Source: Octopus vulgaris
Taxonomy: Eukaryota
DNA length: 64,000 nt
Assembly: GCA_951406725.2 (NCBI GenBank)
Contig: OX597821.1
Coordinates: 26,412,001 to 26,476,000, forward strand
Direction of reading: 5' to 3'
Part shown: positions 53,825 to 64,000 of the stretch, piece by piece
Layout of the letters: each line of letters begins with the position of its first letter
How positions within the stretch are numbered: position 1 is the first letter of the stretch
Notes under the pieces: model-generated
What the model saw: only the letters and a program-made list of their open reading frames with translations
What the model was told of the DNA's origin: nothing
Database searches by the model: none
Made by a program: the position numbers and the translations under genes

Positions 53825-54862
53825 TTTTTTTTTATTTATCTAGTTTCAGCTCACAAGCTGTGGCCATGCTGGGGCACCGCCATTTGGTGTTGCTACATGA
53901 TTTTACTTCACGAATGCTTTTTAGCAATTGTCATTTGGTACATGGGAGAGTTCGATGCAGCTGCCCTCATCTGCACCTCCTGCCGTGAAGTTGGTTCATC
54001 TGGGACACCTGACAAGAAGAGATCCAGTTTCATTTTAAAGACATCTGCATCCACCCTATGCAGGTCTCTTAGGTTCTTCGGGAGGATATTGAAGAGCTGT
54101 GGGCCTCGGAAGCCCAGGCTATCACAGTATCTTGTACTACATCTTGATGGCAAATTTGGAGTCTTTGGCACTATGCAGTGGCGCCCAGTTCTGGCATTTG
54201 TGTAACTCTCGATGTATATTATGGCATATCTTTCTCGCCTACGCTCTAAGGAATAGAGTCTCAATCTCTTGAGTCTTTCTCAATAGCTTATATGCTGCAC
54301 AGAGGCTATCTTCTTCGTGTAGCTTCGTTGGATCGCCTCAAGTTCTGTGATTAACTTGACACTGGATGGTGACCATAGCTGAGAGCAATAGTCAAAGTGG
54401 CTTAGGACAAGTGTGCTCCAGAGGACCATCATGGTTTCCTGGTCTCTTGTTCTGAAGGTTCTAAGAATCCATCCGGTCAACCGCCTACATTTCATTGCCA
54501 ATTTAGCAACATGCACATGAAAGGTTGCATCATCACTCATGTAAATACCCAGGTCTCGCACTGATTGTGCCTCTGGGATTGCAGTCCCTCCAGGTCCAGT
54601 GTATTTATTGTGTATTGCATTTAGTTTTGCGTGCTGATAGCATAGAGCTTGAAACTTTTCAGCATTGAACTGCATGCTATTCTTTTCAGCCCACTTGTAT
54701 ATTTTGTCCAGCTCACATTGCAGGTGCTTAGTGTCTTCAGGGTTCTGTATTGCCTGTGAAACTTTTGTATCATTTGGATAACTTGTGATCGTGGCTCTCT
54801 GCGTGGCTGAGGGCATGTCTGAGAGGGCCATTATGAACAGTAGTGGTTCTAGCATAGTAGTT
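53825..54862 (-). mobile_element. CR1-clade LINE, 5'-truncated (RT C-half, 3' UTR, A-rich tail)
   Basis: LEPLLF, SYPNDTK (YADD decayed), WAEKNSMQFNAEKF, VRDLGI, DYCSQLWSP, LYSLERRR, FKMKLDLFL..VPDEP. Confidence 0.9.
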
Positions 54863-55189
54863 CTATGCTCTGTCGGTTCTGCGAACTACAACTCTGAGCT
54901 GTGAGAATAATCTAAAGAAATTCAATTATGTGTTAAACAATGCTTGTTTCGTTGAAACTATTTGGATAATTTTCAAATGGCGTTGTTATGGATTTCTTTG
55001 GGTGGAACCAGCTTGTATTATTTGTACCTTTGCTGTCAAATTTGAGGGTAAGTCTCTCATTGCTTTTTAAAATCAAATCCAACTTAACCTACAACATAAA
55101 CAACAACAAAAAAAAAATTTCATAAAGATTGAAGTAACTCTTCCCGAAGTTAAATAGACAATAAAATGAGTGCGATGTGATTTGTAATA

Positions 55190-56459
55190 TTAGGTCGTCA
55201 AGTATGAAATTTGTTGTAAAGTATATGGTAAACTTTGATAGCTGCTCATTTTGCGCCATTATTATATTTTGACAATCTTTACTTTTCGTTAGAAAGCTGA
55301 CACACGTATTTCTTTATTATAACTCCTTTTGCGCTTTATAAAGTATTTATAAATTGTTTTTTGCTTTTTTTGTTTAGAGATGGATAAGTCGGAAATTCGT
55401 ACAGTTTTAAAATATGAGTTCTTTCTTGGAAATACAGCATCACAGACAGCTCGGAATATTAATGGAGTATTTCATTCTAATATCATTACACAGCAGACAC
55501 TATCAATTTGGTTTGCAAAATTTCGTTCTGGTAACTTTGACCTCACAAATGAGTAACGCGATAGACCAGAAACAAAGGTGGATAATGACGACCGAAAGCC
55601 ACCGTCGAGTCAGATCCATCTGAAATTGCCACTGAACTATCGTTGTTGTTTGGTGTTAGCAAGCAAACAATATTGACTCACCTAGTTTGAATCGGTAAAA
55701 TGAAAAAGTCGGATAAGTGGGTTCCACATGAACTCAATGAAAATCAGAAACAGCAACGTTTCGAATCTGCATTATGATACTTTCTCCTCACAAAAATGAA
55801 TCACTTTTGAATCGAATTGTAACATGTGATGAGAAATGGATCCATCACAACAACCGTAAATGTTCAGCACAATGGTTGGACAAAGACGAGCCACCAAAAC
55901 ACAGTCCAAAAAGCAAAATTCATCAAAAGAAGGTGATGGTGTGTATCTGGTGGTCTGGCGCTGGTGTGATCCATTATGATTTCATTAAACCTGGCTCATC
56001 AGTCACGGCCGAAATATACTGCAGCCAACTGGACTTAATGATGCAGAAAAAAAGATTAGTCATCAGATGCACTTCTATTTTATTGCAGGACAACACCAGA
56101 CCACACATAGCAAACATAACTGTGGCGAAACTACAGGAGTTGGAGTTGCAAGTTTTCCATCACCCACCATACTCACATGATCTTGCCCCCACTGACTACC
56201 ACGTCTTCCAGAATTTTGGATAAGTTTTTGACAGGAAAAATATTTAATTCCGACGATGCTGTAAAACAGGCATTCCAAGATTTTATTGACTCTAGATTGC
56301 CAGGCTTTTACAGTTCCTGGTTGGACAAGCTACCGCTGAAATGGCAAAGTGTATTGACAATATGGGTGCATACTTTTGATGAATAAAACTATTCCTTGTA
56401 TTTATAAAACATTAGCAAACTTTGTTTCTTTTCTACAGATTTCATACTTGATGACCGAA
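55190..56459 (+). mobile_element. Full-length decayed mariner (DD34D, cecropia/Hsmar1-like) with TIRs and TA TSD
   Basis: TA|ttaggtcgtcaagtatgaaat ... atttcatacttgatgaccgaa|TA; MDKSEIR..LKYEF, WVPHEL, CDEKW, LLQDNTRPH, YSHDLAPTDY; stops and frameshifts. Confidence 0.93.
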
Positions 56460-57129
56460 TAAGTTGTTTATCTAACGGTTTGAACGATATTTCAATAGAT
56501 CGTCTGTTTTTCCAGGTTCAAAATGTAAAATGAAAACAATTGCAGAAACAAAGAAATTTAAAATATAAACGAGCAACTCCAGCGTTCTTATTTTGATACA
56601 ATGACATCAGTTTTCAATTTTGTAGCTGGTAAAAGGAAAAAGAAGAAAGGAAAAACGGAAAGGAAAGAAAGAAAAAAAGTAAGTTTAGTCGAACAGTTTT
56701 GTGTAAGAATGATGAAATTCACCTGTTATTTTATTCTTTCCTTCAGAGCGTGATGTTAATAATTCACAAATATATTTATCCTCATGCATTTTGAGGACGG
56801 AAAGTGTAGTAGATTCAGAATATTTTCTGAGAATGTGCACTTTCAGCTGTCCCTCAAAATTGCAGCCGTTTGATCTAAATTTGTCGGCAAGTTATCTTAT
56901 TTGCCACAGGGGCGTCTTATAAAGGACACGTTAGGTTACACTTTGCGTGGATGTTTAGATAAAATAGGGTGAAGAAAAGGTGGTGGAGGGAGAGGAGATG
57001 AAAAGTATACATAATATACAAAAACATGAGCGTATGAATGATACAGTCTTCTTGGGAGAAACAAGTAACACTACAAGTCCAAGTTTACTCTCTGCCAACA
57101 GTTTTTCTCCCATCTACAGGCAAATACTT

Positions 57130-57570
57130 ACAGAAGTTTCGATCATCATAATCGTTCTTGTTACAGATTTGACAAGTCCACTGGGGAAGAGCGCCTCTCA
57201 CTTTGATTTGCAAGTATAACGAGGGTTTGCTTGAAGAGAACCGTCTCTATCCTCTGTCTCGTCCAGCACAAAAAGCACTTTCGCCATAACCCCCAGACAG
57301 AGGAGCATTACCTTCCCATCCCTATTAAAAGGGTTTTGAGGCGATTTTCACGATAAACTCGGCCGATAGCTGGACCTGTTCTATTCACAACAACGTATGT
57401 TTGACATGACTCTTCAAGTCATTAATGCTCGGATACTGCGCGAGTGGGATCCGGGCTGTCTGCATGCATCTCAGACAGCCCTGAAACTGTTCGAGGCATC
57501 CGTGCCTGTCCTGGTAGCACTGCTAGACCAAAGAATTTTAGAAGTTACGTCTAGCAGTCATCGGCATAAA
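57130..57570 (-). mobile_element. Probable Tx1/L1-clade LINE ORF2 C-terminal remnant
   Basis: Minus: NF*NSLV*QCYQDRHG...CLRCMQ...IEQVQLSAEFIVKI; heavily decayed. Confidence 0.4.
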
Positions 57571-59333
57571 AGTTCAAAAGTAAAGGAAAGTGAAGTTGGC
57601 GAGGAAGTGTTCCCCTCCAACGAATTTGTTAAAGGTGGGGGACTCTAATGTGGCTAAGGTGATTTTAATTAACTCTAGTTGGAAGCCCTGCTGTATCAGG
57701 CAGCCTGTGTCATCCAGGTTCGATATATTTGTAAAATATATATCAAGCAGCCTTCATCCGAGTAATCGTCAAATGAAGAAGAGAAAAAGGAGGACACATC
57801 GAGATGCATGCTGTTACGAGATGGGGCTGTAAAACACAAAGCAAAAGTTACACCCACAAAAGAGAAATCAAGACGGAACTAAAAACAAAAACACAAGACA
57901 TTAATCTTAGCTGCACAAGCACAGAAACAACATCGGTAATAACAAAAGCAAACGAACCAAAACCCCATACACATATAAATGACATAAAAGAGATGGGCAA
58001 TATAATTAAGAGAGATATACAAATACAAGTAATACTAATCATAACTAAGTACAAATAAATATAATTAAAAATAGATACAACTAAAACAAGAAGCATAATC
58101 TATCAACACAAGGTGAATACCTGTGTACGAGATAGGATCAGAACCCTCCCGTCTCTAGACACATTTCACTCCAAATGTCTTCTCTCAATCAGATACTCCC
58201 GGTACTTTGAAGTCGCCTTCATAATATTTCGGCCATAAGTGAACCGTTGACCGACCCCATATTATCTGGGGTTTATTTCGTCCATATTAGTAGATCGTTA
58301 ACGTTTCTTTATCATAAGTCTCCAAGGTCCACTGGTGTGTGCTGCAACCCACCTCTCATTTACATATTATTTACTCCATTCTTTTCCAGGGTTAACAACA
58401 GACCAAGAAGGCCAGTATTCATTGTAAGGTAATGATCTATGGCTATGGGTGCCTCCTCATGAGGTATTTTACTTTCTTCTGTCTCCTTTGTCTTCTGCTG
58501 GGGACCACTCTTTGCTTGTTTTTTTTTTTCTCTTTCAAATTTCTTAGTGCTTTCTTATTCCCCTCCAACTGCTATCGTCTGCCATTCACTGCAAGACAGT
58601 AGCGGTAGTGTTACTAGTAGTTTCCGGACGAAGAAATGCCCTCACTCATCATCGAGTACTGGTGCTAACGGCACTGAAAACGAGTTCTGTTGTCTTATCT
58701 CCTCTACAGATATTACAGAGATGCAATGACCGATGCTATAGAAACAACAGCAGCAGTTAAATTCCTTACTTCCGGGTAAGTTGGTGTTGTTACTGTTACT
58801 GCATCTGCCGTCTTCTACTGCATTCCTGTTTCTTCCGCCTTTCCTTCTTCTCTGCGCAGACGACTTTCAAATGTTCTTTGCCATTCCTCGTATAATCTTG
58901 TCTCCACCACGGGCCTGATAACCTTCTCTCCACTTCCTCCATGGGGATACAACTTTAGAATGGATTTCTGATCTTCGCATGTCAGTTGGAACTTGATGCC
59001 TACACAGGTCCCACCAAATCACATTGTTACGCATCATCTCTCCGATCATCTCACATCCCTACTGTTGCACGAAGATGACAACAAACCAAGCATCGACATC
59101 TATGCGAATATGTCTGGTCGTGGTTCTAATGTTTCTTATTATCACTTTCACATATCTTTCATTAAATTTGCTAGCGGGTGGCATCTCCATCCCAACTCAT
59201 ACACAGTTTTTCAAGTAGAACGTGAAGAAATTGATTAGGCCTTACAGACAAATACGAGAAGCACGATTGTGTCTCTCTACGGACATCTCGACTATACTCG
59301 ACTCCAAGGAACTTTAGATTTTACACAGAACCT

Positions 59334-59562
59334 ATTTCTTTACTACCCACAAGAGGCTAAACACAGAGAGGGCAAACAAGACAGACAAACGGATTAAATC
59401 GATTATATCGACCCCAGTGCGTAACTGGTACTTGATTTATCGACCCCGAAAGGATGAAAGGCAAAGTCGACCTCGGCGGAATTTGAACTCAGAACGCAGC
59501 AGCGGAAGAAATACGGCTACGCATTTCGCCCGGCGTGCTAACGTTTCTGCCAGCTCGCCGCC
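59334..59562 (-). mobile_element. SINE family A, full length, 14-bp TSD ttttacacagaacc
   Basis: TSD on both flanks. Confidence 0.92.
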
Positions 59563-59911
59563 TTTTACACAGAACCACTAATACCTCGCTGGTAGCAATG
59601 CCAGCCTTAGTTTTTCCAGGAATACCGTAGTTTCTGAACTGAATGTCCTTTGGAATAAATTACTTAACTGGTTTTCGTTGAGATAGAATGAATGATAGGG
59701 CGGACTTACCATTGACCGCATTGATTAACTTGTAGAGAACTGTGAATGTCTGACAATATTTCAGATGCCAGACGTTTAACATTGGTCTTCGAGTGATTCC
59801 GTCAAAGAGATGAACTGTGAGTGTGTGTGCGTTATACCTATTCACCGCCTATTAATTTATTTGGATGCCGGATCCTCAGCGCATACATGCATATCTCAGC
59901 CACAACATACC

Positions 59912-60142
59912 GATTTCTTTATTACCCACAAGGGGCTAAACATAGAGGGAACAAACAAGGACAGACAAACGGATCAAGTCGATTAAATCGACCCCAGTGC
60001 GTAACTGGTACTTATTTAATCGACTCCGAAAGGATGAAAGGCAAAGTCGACCTCGGCGGAATTTGAACTCTGAACGTAACGGCAGACGAAATACCGCTAA
60101 GCATTTCGCCCGGCGTGCTAACGTTTCTGCCAGCTCGCCGCC
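59912..60142 (-). mobile_element. SINE family A, full length, 19-bp TSD tctcagccacaacataccg
   Basis: TSD on both flanks. Confidence 0.92.
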
Positions 60143-60904
60143 TTCTCAGCCACAACATACCGCAAAGAGATATGAACAGCGTATGGGCATTCTAGCCAGG
60201 GAGCCTGCACCTTCGATAACTCACATCATATTGTATTCAGCACTCACTGATCCGGTAATCGTGACACAAAATTATATTATTTTTGTGGAGTTAAACAGTT
60301 TTAAAAGATTAAAGAATACATTACACTTAAAATTGGTAGATTCTTCCATATATCAATGAAAAAGCTTCTGAAGAATTCTTTACAGGAAGTAAAACGACAC
60401 TGCAGCGGAGCAGATTCGCTCCTAAAAAGTTTACCAAAGTAGGCCTTTCGAAACTATAATCCGAGAAGAAGCATGGAAAGAAAACACTTTATGCCAAGCT
60501 GTATCTGAAAAATGAAATTGAACGTTATTAGTATATTGTAGATAAAGGCAAAGATCTGGCAAAAATATTGTAGAAAAGTAGATCGAAAGCTTTAAAGTAT
60601 TGAGTTCTCCCACGCCGGGTGTGGGGAAACTTTGCTTATGAATCTCTTGAGACCCTAAAAATACCACGTTGAATCAACAATGTCGATTCATTCAATTTGG
60701 TTTCTTGTGGTGAAAATTTTGGGGAAAATACAAAAGCAATGCAATATCAGTAAAATATTCTCTGCAGCTATATTCGTTGCGACAGTATTTATGGCTGGCG
60801 ACTATTCCGGGCCCTCCAGATGAAGCTATATTGAATCAAAAATAATCTGTTCAATGGGTGCTGCAAGCAACAGTAACATTCCATCATCATTATCATGATT
60901 GTCA

Positions 60905-61132
60905 TCTCCACCAGCTCCACCAGCACCAGCACCACCGGCACCACCAGCACTACCAGCACCACCACCAGTACCACCAGCACCACCATCAGCACCATCAGCA
61001 CCACCAGCACCACCAGCACCACCAGCACCAGCACCACCAGCACCACCAGCACCAGCACCAGCACCACCAGCACCACCAGCACCACCACCAGCACCACCAC
61101 CAGCACCACCACCAGCACCACCACCACCACCA
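60905..61132. repeat. (CAC/CAG)n compound trinucleotide repeat
   Basis: Directly visible; source of poly-HQ/GA/PA ORFs. Confidence 0.9.
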
Positions 61133-61133
61133 G

Positions 61134-61780
61134 AGTACTGGCTAAGAAGGAGTACATTCACAGACACAACAGAGTTGGGACCTATATACACTGGAAGCTA
61201 TGCCAATACTATGAAATAGCAACAGAAAAATGATGGTATAGGCACACCCCAGAAAAGGTCACAGAAAATGAGAAAGCAACCATACTTTGGGATATGCCAA
61301 TACACATAGATAGAGAAATCAAGGTTGATAGGCCGGATATAGTTGTCAGATATCACGAAGAAAAAATGGCTTCTAATCGATGAATGAATACAAAGAGATG
61401 ACAATGTTTCTTTAAAAGAAATGGAGAAACTTTCAAAATATAAAGATCTGGAAGTAGAGTTAACTTGAACGTGGAGCATAAAAACAGAAACAATTCCTAT
61501 TATAGTAGGCACATTAGGTATGATAAAAAAATACATTCAGACAGATACATAACAAAAACACCACAACTTACAAGTATATATAGCATTAAAAATAGCACCA
61601 CTAGGCACCATACACATACTATGTAAAGCACTTTACATAGGATGTATGTGCGTTTGACCATCAGAACAAACAACTGCACAAACCCAAGGTACGCAGAGCT
61701 GCGCTCGGTAGTGCAGTGAAAGCACATGATAAAAATAAGACTACTGAATAATAATAATAATAATAATAATGATAATAATG

Positions 61781-61829
<49 letters not shown>

Positions 61830-61846
61830 TAATAATAATAATAATA
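61134..61846 (+). mobile_element. Dong/R4-clade retrotransposon 3' end with (TAA)n tail
   Basis: KEYIHRHNRVGTYIHWKLC, ILWDMPIHIDREIKVDRPDIVV, EKLSKYKDL, IPIIVGTLG; followed by ~100 bp of (TAA)n. Confidence 0.9.
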
Positions 61847-62459
61847 AGACTGGTGATTGTTGTATTCGTGGTGGTGATGGTAATATTAGTAATAATATTA
61901 TCTAGAGATGCCCTTCTATCCGCATCTTGATAATACTAAAACTCTAGAGATGTTTGTGTGTACCTGAAATGTCTCAGAAATATTATATTTTATCTTATTT
62001 TTTTCTTGCATATTTACTTTCATATTTACCTTCAGCAGTGTAGTGCAAAGTTTTGTGATATTTGGGATTCTATTTATTAAGGAAAGCGATTAAACACAAT
62101 TTTTATTTGTTATTTCTTGACGAAAAAAAATTACTTTCGTGACGTCAACACAAACGCACATACAGAATTCACACACATATAATGAATGTCATGGCATATC
62201 AATCAACAAAAACACTCGTCTGCTATCTGTGACATGTATACACACATAGTCCTCGCGTTCTCTAAGGAAAAAATCGACTTTTTGACGTACACAATATTCT
62301 AAATAATTTAGAAATAGTTTTAACTGAATGCAATTTCCAAACTATAAGTTTTTTGTACAGGAAGTATTTATATTTTAGCTTTCTTTAAACAGACAATATT
62401 TTAATGTTTTTTAAAAAATGTTTTCAAGCAAATGGCTAGCTTTTGTTTATCATCCAGAG

Positions 62460-62528
<69 letters not shown>

Positions 62529-62530
<2 letters not shown>

Positions 62531-62696
62531 CGTAGAAGTGGGTGTGTGGTAAGTAGCTTGCTTAGCAACCACATGGTTCCGGTTTCAGTCCCACTACGTG
62601 GTACCTTGGGCAAATGTCTTCTACTATAGCCTCGGGCCGACCAAACCCTTGTGAGTGGACTTGGTAGACGGAAACTGAAAGAAGCCCGTAGTATAC

Positions 62697-62747
<51 letters not shown>

Positions 62748-62985
62748 CGTTTCAGTCATTTGACTGCAGCCGTGCTGGAGCACCGCCTTCAGTCGAACAA
62801 ATTGACCCCAGGACTTATTCTTTGTAAGCCTAGTACTTATTCTCTTTTGCCGAACCGCTAAGTTACGGGGACGTAAACATACCAACATCGGTTGTCAAGC
62901 GATGCTGCAGGGGCAATTTGTTCGAGTAAAGACGATGCTCCAGCATGGCTGCAGTCAAATGACTGAAACAAATATAAGATTAAAA
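62529..62985. mobile_element. Rearranged SINE B: sense head, antisense tail segment, sense tail end
   Basis: Head + at 62529-62695; tail - at 62748-62905; tail end + at 62915-62985. Confidence 0.75.
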
Positions 62986-63119
62986 GAATATATATATATA
63001 TATTTCCAAGGTGGGGAAGCAAAACTTGCAATAATTGCTGTAATGTTTGAAACCCTTTCATTGTGAATTAATAGTTTTAGTAATTAAAAGATTGTTTAAT
63101 AACATTCACATGCAATTAC

Positions 63120-63770
63120 AAAACGAATAATTTATTTTATGTGGCTTCCATTGTTTGTAATTACGGACTCCACACGGACCCGGAAACCCGCAACAAATCT
63201 TCATCACGAAGTCACTGGACATCCTGGCATATTCTTCATTGATGGCAGCCTTCAGAGAGTTGATGTCGGGTTTTGTTGGTAGCATGCTCCAAAAGTTTGA
63301 TTTGCAGAAATTCTGTACCCTCTTGGCAGTATAGCTGGGTGTACCATCCTGGATCCACACATAATTGCCCTCCGGGTAGCTGACCTTGAACCATGGCAAA
63401 TCATGGTATCTCAGCGTCTTGTAGTAGGCTTCAGCATCCATCTTTTCTCCAGGCTTGCAGAAGTAGATGAGCATCTTTCTTCCGTCGGAGGCCCCAACAC
63501 CGAAGGCCATGACATGGGCTGGAAGTTTTGTTCTGACGGTGCCCCTGGCGTCAGCTGTTGATTCCACACTGTACTGGTCGTTTCTGCAGTTCACAACCGC
63601 ATCTACTGTGAAGATTTCTCACCAGAGAAAATTTTCCTAGTGGACCCGTGCTTCTTGAGGTATGTGAGAACCATTCTGCATCTCTTCAATCTCCTGGCCT
63701 TCAAAGGTTCTGTCAGTAGGTGTCTCGGTATCCTGATGTAGGACTTGAGGTCCAAGTCGTTATTCACAAG
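63120..63770 (-). pseudogene. maT/DD37D-like Tc1-mariner transposase remnant
   Basis: Minus: FTVDAVVNCRND, TKLPAHVMAFGVGASDG, YVWIQDGTPSYTAKRVQ, SLKAAI; SPDLNPLD segment deleted. Confidence 0.75.
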
Positions 63771-64000
63771 TGTTGAAACAAATTTTGTTGTTTGTGTATT
63801 AAAATTATGATATAAATTTTAGTTATATATGCACACACACCTACATGCGCGCGCACGCACATGTAAGTATACAATAACTTAAGACTGTTTGCTTGCTTGT
63901 AAAATAACAAAGTGAAAAGTGAAATCATAACATAAGGTTAGCGAATTAGAAATACAGAAATGTCACTAATGCATTCAAGCATACATTCACATGACTTAAT

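Noticed and set aside
55380-56386. Domesticated SETMAR-like gene
   Set aside because: Stops and frameshifts, TIRs present, no SET domain exon
58100-59060. Possible decayed ORF1/gag-like coding sequence on the minus strand
   Set aside because: Coding-like composition but multiple stops and no motif I can support
60789-61233. Gly-Ala silk-like or His-Gln-rich protein
   Set aside because: (CAC/CAG)n repeat open in several frames on both strands; the non-repetitive end is Dong ORF sequence

Overview
Repeat-saturated, AT-rich animal DNA. From the SINE families and (AT)n/(AC)n density it is most likely an octopus (coleoid cephalopod); this is recognition from memory, not a database result. Only one convincing host gene is present: an uninterrupted 642-aa ORF (45483-47411, +) encoding a secreted ADAMTS/M12B-like protein. 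All three zinc-binding histidines and the catalytic Glu are replaced, it ends in a GPI-like hydrophobic tail, and a CRE and an NRF-1-type motif lie just upstream. The rest is mobile DNA: several tRNA-derived SINE families (modular, often nested, several with clean TSDs); decayed CR1, RTE, R4/Dong and Tx1-like LINEs; two Penelope-like RT fragments (Naiad-like and Neptune-like); Tc1, mariner and maT-like transposase remnants; non-autonomous Helitrons; a TIR MITE carrying (TAACCC)n; and a 45-bp palindromic minisatellite. The most notable non-coding signals are (i) type-I hammerhead ribozyme folds and long fold-backs in short cassettes embedded in (TA)n tracts, and (ii) a SINE and a CR1 LINE sharing a 3' tail with compensatory changes in its stem-loop. 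Most ORFs in the supplied track are microsatellite or SINE artefacts. Coordinates were read by eye, and ends of decayed elements are approximate.
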